A stretch of DNA of 64,000 bases from an uncultured Coxiellaceae bacterium (GTDB lineage: Bacteria > Myxococcota_A > Polyangia > Polyangiales > Houyiibacteriaceae): the NCBI GenBank assembly GCA_964194675.1, contig CAXMND010000064.1:33809-97808 (forward strand), written 5' to 3'. Positions 48,268 through 57,647 of this stretch are shown here, one piece after another (position 1 is the stretch's first letter; the number at the start of each line of letters is the position of its first letter). A model generated the notes under the pieces. That model did no database searches. It was not told where the DNA came from and saw nothing but the letters and a program-made list of their open reading frames with translations. The position numbers and the translations under genes were made by a program.

Positions 48268-49770
48268 ATGGGGCCACTAAGCTGGTATCGAAACTCCGTG
48301 CCCGAGCTCTTCCCACGATTGGTGTCTCCCGGGTCACGTCTCGCGCTCGTCGTTGGTGACGAATCGTGGACCTACACCGAGCTCGCCGGCGCTGCTCGTT
48401 CTCACGCGGGCGCAGTCGAGCGCTTGGGGGTTCGAGCCGGTGACAGGGTTGCGGTCTGGGCCCACCCGAGTCTCAGTACGGCCGCGGCCATCCTAGGCAA
48501 TATGGCCGCAGGCACAGCTACCGTGCTCCTCAGCCCGAAGCTTGGGTCACACGAGCTCGCCCACATCGTGAACGACGCTTCCCCCCAATTGGCGTTCTGC
48601 GATTCCGGCTACCCGACGCCATCCGAGGTGGACGGGATCGTCTGTCTTCGCGAGCGCTACGAAGCTTCCGAAGGGTCGCTTCGGTCTCTGGCGGTCAACG
48701 ACAGCCCAGCCCTGATTCTCTACACGTCCGGGACCACTGGACCTCCAAAAGGGGTCGTCATCACTCGCGGCAACATCGCTGCGAACCTCGATGCGCTGGC
48801 GCAGGCGTGGGAGTGGACCGAGCGCGACACTGTCGTCCACTCGCTTCCGTTGATTCACGTGCACGGGTTGGTCCTCGGCCTGTTCGGGAGCCTCCGCGTT
48901 GGGGGAGCGCTCCACTACCTACCGCGCTTTTCGCTCGATGGGATCGCCGAGGCTTTGACGGATTCGCGGCACGAGCAGACGATCCTGTTCGCGGTGCCAA
49001 CGATGTACCACCGGCTCGCCGAAGCCGCGGAGTCCGACGCTGTGCTTGCCGAAGTGTTGAAGCATCCGAGGCTTCTCATCTCCGGTTCCGCGGGCCTCCC
49101 TTCGCGCGAGCATGAGCGTATCGAGAGGTTGACCGGTCGAGGTGTTCACGAACGCTACGGGCTGACCGAGACCTTGATCAATTGCGGTGTCCCGGCATCG
49201 CACGCCCCGAGGCCCGGATTCGTGGGTCCCCCGCTTCCCGGCGTCGAGCTGGTCTTGGTAGACGATACGCGTCGGCGGATCGATGCTCACGACGACGAAA
49301 CAATAGGCGAGGTCGCGGTGCGAAGTCCCTCGGTGTTTGCGGGGTACCTCAATCGTCCCGATGCAACTGCGGCGGTATTGGACGAGGAGGGTTGGTTCTA
49401 CACGGGCGATCTTGCGACACGGGCGGAAGACGGATCGATTCGGATTCTCGGGCGGCGGAGCACCGACCTGATCAAAACCGGAGGGTACCGCGTGGGAGCC
49501 GGCGAGATCGAAGCGTGTTTGCTCAACCACCCAGCCGTCGCCGAAGTCGCAGTAGTAGGCTCACCCGACGACGATCTGGGGCAACGAATAGTAGCATTCG
49601 TGGTCATTCGTTCCGACAAGGACGTCAAACAGCTGTCGTCTCTCACCGACTTCGTCGCCGAACGCCTCAGCCCCCACAAACGTCCCCGCGACATCCAGTT
49701 CGTCAAAGAGCTTCCCCGAAACGCAATGGGCAAAGTTCAAAAGAAACAGATCCTCGCGCTCATCCCCTAG
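48268..49770 (+). CDS. AMP-dependent acyl-CoA synthetase/ligase
   Basis: LYTSGTTGPPKGV is the AMP-binding motif, with ...YGLTET... and ...TGDLA... also present. I take the start at ATG 48268, preceded by AAGGAGGA. Confidence 0.87.
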   Translation: MGPLSWYRNSVPELFPRLVSPGSRLALVVGDESWTYTELAGAARSHAGAVERLGVRAGDRVAVWAHPSLSTAAAILGNMAAGTATVLLSPKLGSHELAHIVNDASPQLAFCDSGYPTPSEVDGIVCLRERYEASEGSLRSLAVNDSPALILYTSGTTGPPKGVVITRGNIAANLDALAQAWEWTERDTVVHSLPLIHVHGLVLGLFGSLRVGGALHYLPRFSLDGIAEALTDSRHEQTILFAVPTMYHRLAEAAESDAVLAEVLKHPRLLISGSAGLPSREHERIERLTGRGVHERYGLTETLINCGVPASHAPRPGFVGPPLPGVELVLVDDTRRRIDAHDDETIGEVAVRSPSVFAGYLNRPDATAAVLDEEGWFYTGDLATRAEDGSIRILGRRSTDLIKTGGYRVGAGEIEACLLNHPAVAEVAVVGSPDDDLGQRIVAFVVIRSDKDVKQLSSLTDFVAERLSPHKRPRDIQFVKELPRNAMGKVQKKQILALIP

Positions 49771-49775
49771 CCCTA

Positions 49776-49811
49776 GTGTTCGTAGACGTGTTCGCGTTCG
49801 TGGTCGACTCG
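49776..49811. repeat. Short period-6 array of the second (GASCAC) family, reverse form (array 7)
   Basis: GTGTTC GTAGAC GTGTTC GCGTTC GTGGTC GACTCG. Its complement (GAACAC/GACCAC) matches the GAGCAC/GACCAC reading of the tail of array 4. It lies in a convergent intergenic spacer. Confidence 0.6.
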
Positions 49812-49824
49812 GCACGGATCGGCC

Positions 49825-50589
49825 TCAAGCCGTGCGTGCCAGTCCTTCACGCGTAACCCCACAAGCCAAGGCAACGCCATCCCGGTAGCCCCGCCACGCC
49901 TCGACGGCCTGTGCCATGGCGTGGACGACTCCCGCTCGCTCGTCGGCGCGCACGTGACCGAGCATCACCTTCCATGCGGCTTTTCGGTGCTCGCCTTCGA
50001 CGGCCCGGTGGGCTTTGGTGAGCGCCAGGCATCCGAGCGGCAGACCGTAGTGCTTCGCTAGCGGGTGCTCATCGAGTGGCGGCTCAGGCCTTGCGGGAGC
50101 GGAATCATCGAGCTCATGCCGCTCGTACGGCGTGCCTTCGATAAACAGGATCGCGACTGACGCTGCGACGGCCCATCCCCGGTTGGTGGTCGCGTCGTCG
50201 AGGAAGCTTCTGTATCGAAGCGCGCTCGGCAGAAGCTGCACGCGCGAGAAGCGCTCGACGTTCATTCCGAGACCGCGCGGGTACTCGAGGAAGAGCTCTG
50301 GGTGCGGCTTTCCCGCCGCGAGGCCGCCTGTCTCTTCTTCGTAGATGTTTTCCGCCAGCTCCCTTCGAACCTCGGCGATGGGGCACTGCACATATGCGCG
50401 TCCGAGGAGGATGGGAAAGTCACGGACGTAGACCTCCCACTCGTGCTCGAGGTGAATGTGCAGCTTGTCTTTGGGGACTAGGCCTCGGGTGAACGCCGGC
50501 CACGCCCAGTGCGTCTTTCGTTCCATCTGCTGAAGAAGCGCCTCTTGAAACTCGGAACGATCCACTCGTTCCAAGGTAGGCGCTGACAT
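49825..50589 (-). CDS. Haem-oxygenase-like fold protein (PqqC/TenA-like, iron-containing redox enzyme family)
   Basis: ...KTHWAWPAFTRGLVPKDKLHIHLEHEWEVYVRDFP...ENIYEEETGG...HPELFLEY... resembles PqqC-like proteins. No other pqq genes are nearby. Confidence 0.6.
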   Translation of the reverse strand: MSAPTLERVDRSEFQEALLQQMERKTHWAWPAFTRGLVPKDKLHIHLEHEWEVYVRDFPILLGRAYVQCPIAEVRRELAENIYEEETGGLAAGKPHPELFLEYPRGLGMNVERFSRVQLLPSALRYRSFLDDATTNRGWAVAASVAILFIEGTPYERHELDDSAPARPEPPLDEHPLAKHYGLPLGCLALTKAHRAVEGEHRKAAWKVMLGHVRADERAGVVHAMAQAVEAWRGYRDGVALACGVTREGLARTA

Positions 50590-50610
50590 CTCTCGTGTCG
50601 AAAACCACCC

Positions 50611-50627
50611 GAAAACATGGAGTTTTC
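50611..50627 (-). terminator. Candidate weak hairpin after speA
   Basis: GAAAAC-ATGGA-GTTTTC lies 4 nt after the speA stop. On the minus strand it is followed by GGGTGGTTTTCG. Confidence 0.3.
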
Positions 50628-50630
50628 TAG

Positions 50631-52556
50631 CTAGGCATCACCTTTCAAATACGTGTAGCCGCGAAGGCTTTCTTCGTAGTGCCGCATGAATGTGCGGAGC
50701 TGCGGAAGGGTCATGCGGCCCTGATTGAGCGCGCGTTCTGCCTGTTTGCGCACGCGCTCGACCATCTCCTCGGGGTCGTACTGGAGGTAGCGCAGCACTT
50801 CGTCGATAGCGTCGCCCTTGATGACATTGGCCACGCTGTATCCATAGTCTTCGACCCTCACGTGAACGGCATTGGTATCGCCAAAGAGGTTGTGAAGGTC
50901 ACCGAGGATCTCTTGGTACGCTCCGCCTAGAAACATGCCGAGGAGGTACGGCTCACCACTGCGAATAGGATGAAGGTCGATCCCGTGCTGGACTTCTTCG
51001 ACATCGATGAAGTGGTCCACGATACCGTCGGAGTCACAGGTCAAATCTGCGAGCCTCGCGCGGACGGTGGGCTCCTCGTCCAACCGTTGAATCGGCATGA
51101 ACGGGAACAGCTGATCCATCGCCCAGATATCCGGCGCAGATTGGAAGAGCGAGAAGTTGCAGTAGTAGATGGCGCCGAGCAGCTCGTCCACGGCGTTGAG
51201 TTCTTCGGGTACGTATTTCAGGCGTCGCATGCTCTGGCTGATCTTCTCGCAGCAGCTCCAAAACAAGTGCTCGGCCCGTGCGAGGTCCCGCATCCCGAGG
51301 TAGCCAAACTTGAAGAGGCTCCGTGCTTCTTCGAGGGCCTGCTGCGTGTCGTGCCACGATTCCTGCACGTTCTTAGGCTGCACCCCTCTCCATGTCTCGT
51401 AGAACTCATCGAGAATTCGGTGGTCTTCGGGGGCCGGCGGAGTCGGGTCTTCGAAATCGACGGAATCGACCCCGAGCGCGTCGAAGATCAACACCGATTG
51501 ATACGCGGCGATCGAACGGCCGCTTTCACTGACGATGGTAGGGGGCTCGATGGTCGCCTTTTCGCAGGCTTCCTGGATCGCGAACACGACATCGTACGCG
51601 TATTCTTGAAGGTCGTAGTTCATCGAACCTCGGAAGTCCGTCTTCGACCCGTCGTAGTCGACGGCAAGCCCACCACCCACATCAAGGAAACCCATCGTGG
51701 AGCCCATATTCACCAACTCGACGTAGATCTGGGCGGCTTCGCGCATCGCGTTCTTGACAGGGATGATGCTCGAGACCTGGCTTCCGAGGTGGAAGTGCAA
51801 GAGCTTGAGGCAGTCGAGCATGTTTCGCTTCTGGAGCTCGTCGACGACTTGGACGATCTCCGACATGGTCAGACCAAACTTCGCCCGGTCACCTGCCGAC
51901 GCTGCCCAACGTCCGATCCCCTTGCTGCTCAGCTTGGCTCTCACGCCGAGGCATGGGCGGATGCCGAGCTTTTCAGATGCCCGGAACGCGAGATCGAGCT
52001 CCTCAATGCGTTCGAGCACCACGACTACCGTGTTGTCGAAGCGTTGCGCGACGAGTGCGGTCTCCAAATAGGCCAGGTCTTTGTATCCGTTGCAAATGAT
52101 GAAACCGTCCTCGTCTTCCATCGCGGCGAGGGCGATCAAGAGCTCGGGCTTCGACCCCGCTTCCAACCCAAAGCGCCACGGTCGACCCGATTCGACGATC
52201 TCCTCGACGAGGTGTCTTTGCTGGTTGACCTTGATTGGAAAGACGCCTCGATATTCGCCCTTGTACCCATACTCCGAGATCGCGTTCTCGAAACACAAGT
52301 TGAGCAGTCGAATGCGGTCTTGGAGGATGTTCGGGAAGCGGATCAGGAGCGGGAGATCGAGCCCACGTTCACCGAGTTGTCTGGTGAGGTCATACAGATC
52401 GATCGTCCCGTCGAGGGTAGGATCGGGGCACACCGCAACATGGCCTCGCTCGTTGATCCGGAAGTAGGGTTCACCCCAGCCCTTGATCTGGTAGAGCTTC
52501 TCGCTCTTCTTGATGCTCCAATCCCGGTGCTGGCCGTTGCCGTCCATGAGGCACAA
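50631..52556 (-). CDS. speA: Biosynthetic arginine decarboxylase
   Basis: WSIKKSEKLYQIKGWGEPYFRINERGHV is the typical SpeA N-terminus. The PLP-dependent fold-III decarboxylase body is present throughout. 641 aa. Confidence 0.95.
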   Translation of the reverse strand: MCLMDGNGQHRDWSIKKSEKLYQIKGWGEPYFRINERGHVAVCPDPTLDGTIDLYDLTRQLGERGLDLPLLIRFPNILQDRIRLLNLCFENAISEYGYKGEYRGVFPIKVNQQRHLVEEIVESGRPWRFGLEAGSKPELLIALAAMEDEDGFIICNGYKDLAYLETALVAQRFDNTVVVVLERIEELDLAFRASEKLGIRPCLGVRAKLSSKGIGRWAASAGDRAKFGLTMSEIVQVVDELQKRNMLDCLKLLHFHLGSQVSSIIPVKNAMREAAQIYVELVNMGSTMGFLDVGGGLAVDYDGSKTDFRGSMNYDLQEYAYDVVFAIQEACEKATIEPPTIVSESGRSIAAYQSVLIFDALGVDSVDFEDPTPPAPEDHRILDEFYETWRGVQPKNVQESWHDTQQALEEARSLFKFGYLGMRDLARAEHLFWSCCEKISQSMRRLKYVPEELNAVDELLGAIYYCNFSLFQSAPDIWAMDQLFPFMPIQRLDEEPTVRARLADLTCDSDGIVDHFIDVEEVQHGIDLHPIRSGEPYLLGMFLGGAYQEILGDLHNLFGDTNAVHVRVEDYGYSVANVIKGDAIDEVLRYLQYDPEEMVERVRKQAERALNQGRMTLPQLRTFMRHYEESLRGYTYLKGDA

Positions 52557-52647
52557 GACCTAGCACACCGCTGTGACCTTGGGATGGCGCACGCTTCGTT
52601 GCCCCGGCGGCCCTGCCGTGGTAGCCGAACGCATGAGGGGAAAGCCC

Positions 52648-55008
52648 ATGAAGAGCCATTTGGCGCTGATTCTTATCTTTGTTTCGTCAGGATTCGCGTG
52701 CTCGGAGGCCGCCGGAAAGTCGGAGTCCCCGTCAGCGGAGGTGACCGCGGAGGCCGTTCTAGAAGAGGCTCAGGCGGAGGTGCCCTCTTCTGCCGCTGCG
52801 CCACTCGCCGCCGCAGCACCGGGGACGTCCACGTATATGGATCTCCTGGCGCTCCTTCACCTGGCGGATGTCTACGATCCCTCCGGTTTGTTCATCGACT
52901 TCGGAACCGTCGCGCGACTGAAATACACCAACGGCAATTGGAATAGCGGCTGGCAGGGCGACACCAAAGAAGGAGGCAAGACCGTGTCGACCTTTCGAAA
53001 AACAGCTCGGCTCTACCTCCCCGTCGACAACGCGCAGACGATGCAGCTCCGCATTCGGGCAAAAGCATATGCCCCGGGGCCCCTGATCACGTACCTCAAC
53101 GGAACAACCCTCAAGGAGGTGCGCGCATCTCCAGGCGAGGGGTTCGTCGAGCTCGTCGTCCCGATCCCTAGTGAAGACGTCAAGCCCGGTGAAAACGCGA
53201 TCCTGTTCCGCGCCACCAAGACCCGTCAGGTTCGCGGCAAAGCGCGTTCGTTTGCCGTCGACTGGGTTCGCCTCGAAGCCGTCTCCCCAGAAGGGGAAGC
53301 GCTCGTCGCACCCATGCGAGTCGCTGCCGAGCGAGTGGAGGCCAACGGCGTAGGCCGCCGCTCTGTTCGCCTCGCGCCCGGTGCCCAGACCGACTGGTTC
53401 GTCGAGGTGCCGCAGGACGCCTCACTGGTGTTCGGTGCGGCGACAACCTCTGATGGCGCGGGTACGCTCGAGATTGCGACCAAGAGTGACCGAAAGGCCA
53501 TCAGTCAGGACCTGCGCGTTCGGGGTTCATGGTCGGACCATCGAATGTCATTGCGCAGCCTCACCGGTGAAGTCGTCCGCATCCGCTTCCGCAACGTGGG
53601 TTCGGCCGAGCTCGCCCTGAGCAACGTTCGGGTCGTGAAAAAGGCAGTAGAGCCGATCGCGATCGAGAAGCCAGCGCGCAACGTCATCGTCCTTCTCATC
53701 GACACGCTGCGGGCGAGCAAGCTTTCGAGCTACAATCCCAAGACGCGGGTGAGAACGCCTGCGCTCGATGCATTCGCGGCGGAGGGCACCGTCTTCGAGC
53801 GGCCGCAAGCTCCCGAGAATTGGACTAAACCTTCGGTAGCCAGCGTGCTGACCTCGCTGCATCCCGCGACGCACAGCACCAAGCAAGACGCATCGAAGCT
53901 CCCGAAGTCGGCCCTCATGTTGAGCGAGGTTTACCAAAAGGCCGGGTTCGAGACCGGAAGCTTCATCGCCAACGGATACGTGTCGAACGCCTTTGGGTTC
54001 GATCAAGGTTGGGATCACTATACCAACTACATTAGGGAGCGTCGTAACACCAACGCTTCCAACGTGTTCGGCGAGGCGGCCTCGTGGATCGAGAAAAACA
54101 AGGACAAGCGCTTCTTCGCGTATATCCAGACCATCGATCCGCATGTTCCGTACGACCCGCCCGACGCGTTCCTGAAGATGTACGACCCCGCGCCGTACAA
54201 CGGCCAAGTTCGAAATCGCCGGACCCATTTGATGCTCGACGAGGTCAAAAAGAACCCGAAAAAGTACACTTTCACGAAGCGCGACAAGGAGCGTATCGAA
54301 GCGTTACACGACGGAGAGATCAGCTATCACGACGAACATTTTGGGCAGTTTCTCGCGAAGCTGCGAGAGCTTGGCCTGCAAGACGACACGATCATCGTGA
54401 TCACCTCCGACCACGGCGAAGAGTTTCAGGAGCATGGCTCGTGGGGCCACGGGCATTCGGTCTACCAAGAGTTGCTGGGGGTGCCCCTGTTGTTTCGATG
54501 GCCGGGTGTCATTCCCGCTGGTGGGCGGGTTGAGCCTGTGGTCAGCACGATGGACATAGGGCCCACGGTTCTCGAAGCCACCGGCGTTCCGATTCCCAAA
54601 GAGTTCGAAGGTCACAGCTTGATGGGGTTCATCCGGGGCGACTGGCCGATGGGCCCGTACGTCGCGTTCAGCGATTTCCTCGACCATCGCCGTGTGATTC
54701 GCGGCGGCGATTGGAAGCTGATCATCCGCGGCAACCTGTCGCAAGTCATCTTCGATCTGAAGAGCGATCCCGGGGAGCAGAAGGAGCTCGACGGGCGCGC
54801 CAACCCCATCGCGCACCGATACCTTCGAACCCTTCACGGCCAGTTTCTGGGCGCGCAAGACCGAGGAGAATGGCTGGCGGCTACGACGGACGGACCGGGC
54901 GAGAAGCGTTTGAGCCAGGAGAAGCAGGAGATGACCCCCGAGCTCTGCCGACAGCTCGTCGCGCTCGGATATATCAGCGCAGAGTGCGACCAGATGCTCA
55001 ACAACTAG
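52648..55008 (+). CDS. Sulfatase-family (alkaline-phosphatase superfamily) lipoprotein with ~330-aa N-terminal extension
   Basis: I take the start at ATG 52648 (MKSHLALILIFVSSGFAC, lipobox). The catalytic domain starts at NVIVLLIDTLRA. The nucleophile region reads NWTKPSVASVLTS, with the Thr codon at 53824-53826, rather than C/S-x-P-x-R. ...ITSDHGEEFQEHGSWGHGHS... Confidence 0.8.
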   Translation: MKSHLALILIFVSSGFACSEAAGKSESPSAEVTAEAVLEEAQAEVPSSAAAPLAAAAPGTSTYMDLLALLHLADVYDPSGLFIDFGTVARLKYTNGNWNSGWQGDTKEGGKTVSTFRKTARLYLPVDNAQTMQLRIRAKAYAPGPLITYLNGTTLKEVRASPGEGFVELVVPIPSEDVKPGENAILFRATKTRQVRGKARSFAVDWVRLEAVSPEGEALVAPMRVAAERVEANGVGRRSVRLAPGAQTDWFVEVPQDASLVFGAATTSDGAGTLEIATKSDRKAISQDLRVRGSWSDHRMSLRSLTGEVVRIRFRNVGSAELALSNVRVVKKAVEPIAIEKPARNVIVLLIDTLRASKLSSYNPKTRVRTPALDAFAAEGTVFERPQAPENWTKPSVASVLTSLHPATHSTKQDASKLPKSALMLSEVYQKAGFETGSFIANGYVSNAFGFDQGWDHYTNYIRERRNTNASNVFGEAASWIEKNKDKRFFAYIQTIDPHVPYDPPDAFLKMYDPAPYNGQVRNRRTHLMLDEVKKNPKKYTFTKRDKERIEALHDGEISYHDEHFGQFLAKLRELGLQDDTIIVITSDHGEEFQEHGSWGHGHSVYQELLGVPLLFRWPGVIPAGGRVEPVVSTMDIGPTVLEATGVPIPKEFEGHSLMGFIRGDWPMGPYVAFSDFLDHRRVIRGGDWKLIIRGNLSQVIFDLKSDPGEQKELDGRANPIAHRYLRTLHGQFLGAQDRGEWLAATTDGPGEKRLSQEKQEMTPELCRQLVALGYISAECDQMLNN

Positions 55009-56009
55009 TTGCGCCGTCGTTGGAGGGTGGCGCCGCCGATCTTCGCGATGAGGGTCGTGATCAGGTAGCCGAGGCCGATCAGTCCGAGTGCCATCATCAC
55101 ATCCGAGAACGAGGGTGAGTAGAACATGGTGGGGTACTTGTCCTGTGTGAGCTCGGCGAGCCGCTCCGCCGTGAGGGCTTCCCCTTTGAATATTTCGCCG
55201 ACCTGGGGCGCAACGCCTTCCTGAAATGGCCACAGGCCCAGCACCGCGCCGACCAAGAGTCCCATCAGCATGCCGAGGGTGGGTTGTTCGTACCGTTGGA
55301 GCACGAGCTTGATGACGTTGCTAATCAGCAGGATCCCCACGGCGACCCCGACGCCGACGGGCAGAACGACGCCCAGGATGGGCTCGTAGGCGCTGGCCAA
55401 CGCGTTGGCTTTGAGGGCCTGCTTGAGGGCGTCGATCGCGCTCAGCACCGGCACGTACACGCCGAGCACCAACAGCAGGTAGCCTCCACTCACACCGGGG
55501 AGGATCATCGCGCTGGCGCCCGCGACCCCCGCGACGAACATCACCAACGCCCCCTCGCGGTGGGCCCCCTCGCCCGAACTTGCGACTTGCAACCACGCGA
55601 GCGCTGCCATGGCGGTGAGACCCACCGCCGCCCCCGCCCAAAATAGACGGCTCGGAGGTCGCGCCATCTCCCAAAGGACCGGAACTCCGCCTAAGGTGAG
55701 CCCGATGAAGAGGCTGTACATGGCCCAGCGATGCTCGACGACCGCGTCCTTGACCGGTCCGGCGCCGAGGAGGATCGCCAGCGCTGCGGCGGTGCCGATC
55801 AAGCCCAACACCGCCAAAGCGCTCTTTCGAAAGCGGAGGCTGCTCAGGTCGGCCAAAGCCTCGATGAACCGTGGGTAGACCCCGGCCGCGAGCAGCATGG
55901 TGCCACCACTGATACCTGGCACCAGATTCGCCAAGCCCATGAGCACGCCGCCCATGAGACAGCGAGCGCCTGATTTCGGGCTGATCGCAGTGCTCGGTTC
56001 TTCGCTCAT
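55005..56009 (-). CDS. DUF368-family membrane protein (polyprenyl-phosphate transporter-like)
   Basis: ...LMGLANLVPGISGGTMLLAAGVY... and a second ...ILPGVSGGYLLLVLGVY... repeat are typical of DUF368. Confidence 0.8.
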   Translation of the reverse strand: MSEEPSTAISPKSGARCLMGGVLMGLANLVPGISGGTMLLAAGVYPRFIEALADLSSLRFRKSALAVLGLIGTAAALAILLGAGPVKDAVVEHRWAMYSLFIGLTLGGVPVLWEMARPPSRLFWAGAAVGLTAMAALAWLQVASSGEGAHREGALVMFVAGVAGASAMILPGVSGGYLLLVLGVYVPVLSAIDALKQALKANALASAYEPILGVVLPVGVGVAVGILLISNVIKLVLQRYEQPTLGMLMGLLVGAVLGLWPFQEGVAPQVGEIFKGEALTAERLAELTQDKYPTMFYSPSFSDVMMALGLIGLGYLITTLIAKIGGATLQRRRN

Positions 56010-56097
56010 TGCGCGGGTTTACGGCAAATAAGCCCCCTGTCCAAAGAAAACGAGCCGCCCGGTGGCTCGCGGCGGCCGGCGGACTTAGGTTCTTAAA

Positions 56098-56598
56098 ATG
56101 GGCCGCCTCTTTCTCCTGTTCACCGTCGTCCCTCTGGTCGAGCTGTATCTGCTGGTTGCGATCGGTCGAGTCCTTGGACCGGTGCCGACCATCGGGCTGG
56201 TCCTCGTGACCGGCGCGCTCGGTGCCTGGTTTGCGCGGCTTGAGGGCGCGCGGGTGATCCGTCGGTGGCAGGAGGCCATGGCCCGGCAGCAGCTCCCCAA
56301 AGATGGGGTGGTCGACGGGCTTCTCATTTTCGTGGGTGGCCTGATGTTGATCACTCCCGGAATTTTGACCGACGTTGCTGGGCTTTCGATGGTCATGCCC
56401 TCGACACGCCGTGTTATCGCCCGATTCGTGCGGGCCTGGTTTGAGCGGCAAATTGCCGCGGGTCGCGTGCAAGTCTACGCTCCGGGCTCCCCTTCTCCGC
56501 GAGGCCGACCCGGCGGCGTCATCGATGTCGAGGGTGAGGTGATAGACGTGGTCGAGGTGCGGGAAGTGTCCGACATCCCGCCACAGCTTGAGAAGTAG
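56098..56598 (+). CDS. fxsA: FxsA family membrane protein
   Basis: MGRLFLLFTVVPLVELYLLVAIG...GLLIFVGGLMLITPGILTD is canonical FxsA. Confidence 0.85.
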   Translation: MGRLFLLFTVVPLVELYLLVAIGRVLGPVPTIGLVLVTGALGAWFARLEGARVIRRWQEAMARQQLPKDGVVDGLLIFVGGLMLITPGILTDVAGLSMVMPSTRRVIARFVRAWFERQIAAGRVQVYAPGSPSPRGRPGGVIDVEGEVIDVVEVREVSDIPPQLEK

Positions 56599-56631
56599 AC
56601 ACGTCGCGTCTCGTCGGCTAGGACGCCCTTC

Positions 56632-57579
56632 ATGAAATCACCCTGGACCCTCCTGAACTGCGTAGTGCTCGCCGCTGCGCTAACCGCTTGCAAGAGCAGC
56701 GCCCCCGCCCCTGCTGAGGGCGAGTCTGAAAGCGAGGCTACGGCCACGACCGATGAAGGCGCAAAGACCGAAGCTGCGGCCGCGCCTGTCGAGAAGCCGG
56801 CTGCGAAGGAGGACATACCAGCGCCGCCCGATGTCGCTGCGCCGCCCGAGGACGCCAAGCGTAGCGAGTCGGGTCTTGCGTGGACGGTCTTGAAAGAAGG
56901 TGAGGGCGACAAGCACCCCGGAGAGTTCGACATCGCTACCGTGAACTACACGGGATGGACGACCGAGGGCCGGATGTTCGACAGCTCGGTGAAGCGTGGC
57001 AAGCCGGCCAAGTTTCCCGTGAATCGGGTCATCGCCGGTTGGACCGAGACCTTGCAGTTGATGGTGCCCGGCGAGAAGCGCCGCGTCTGGATCCCCGGCA
57101 AGCTCGCCTACGGCGAAGCGAAGGGCAACGACCCGCACGCGCAGTTCGGACCGCCGAAGGGCACGCTCGTCTTCGATGTGGAGCTGATCGGCTTCGAAGA
57201 AGCTCCCAAGCCGCCCGAGACGCCCAAAGACGTCGCCAAGATTCCAAAGAAAGCCAAGAAGACCGACTCCGGCCTTGCGTCGCGCGTGCTCGAGAAGGGC
57301 AGCGGCGACAAACATCCGGCGGCTACCAGCGTCGTTACCGTCAACTACTCGGGCTGGACGACGGATGGCAAAATGTTCGATAGCTCGGTCGTCCGGGGCA
57401 ATCCCGCGACCTTCGGCTTGAACCAGGTGATCCCGGGCTGGACCGAGGGGCTTCAGCTCATGGTCGTCGGTGAGACGCGACGCCTTTGGATCCCCGAGGA
57501 TTTGGCTTACAAGGGCCGATCCGGGAAACCGCAAGGCATGCTGGTCTTCGACGTCGAGCTACTCGAGATCAAGAACTAA
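56632..57579 (+). CDS. Lipoprotein with two FKBP-type peptidyl-prolyl isomerase domains
   Basis: Lipobox LTAC. There are two copies of ...V.Y.GWT..G..FDSS..RG.P..F....VI.GWTE.LQLM..GE.RR.WIP..LAYG... Confidence 0.9.
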   Translation: MKSPWTLLNCVVLAAALTACKSSAPAPAEGESESEATATTDEGAKTEAAAAPVEKPAAKEDIPAPPDVAAPPEDAKRSESGLAWTVLKEGEGDKHPGEFDIATVNYTGWTTEGRMFDSSVKRGKPAKFPVNRVIAGWTETLQLMVPGEKRRVWIPGKLAYGEAKGNDPHAQFGPPKGTLVFDVELIGFEEAPKPPETPKDVAKIPKKAKKTDSGLASRVLEKGSGDKHPAATSVVTVNYSGWTTDGKMFDSSVVRGNPATFGLNQVIPGWTEGLQLMVVGETRRLWIPEDLAYKGRSGKPQGMLVFDVELLEIKN

Positions 57580-57647
57580 AGCCGCCCTTCGAAGGGGTGA
57601 TAGATCCAAAACTCCCCTCGCCCGTCTACGGCAAGTGAGGAGCAAAC

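Noticed and set aside
50970-52946. 658-aa + strand ORF, the longest ORF in this region
   Set aside because: It lies entirely antisense to speA, whose product is unmistakable. Its own translation is Arg/Val/Asp/Glu-rich with no recognisable motif, which is typical of a high-GC shadow ORF.
55321-56472. 383-aa minus-strand ORF spanning DUF368 (alternative frame) and fxsA (antisense)
   Set aside because: It crosses an intergenic region and two well-supported genes, and its Arg/Gly-rich composition shows no motif.
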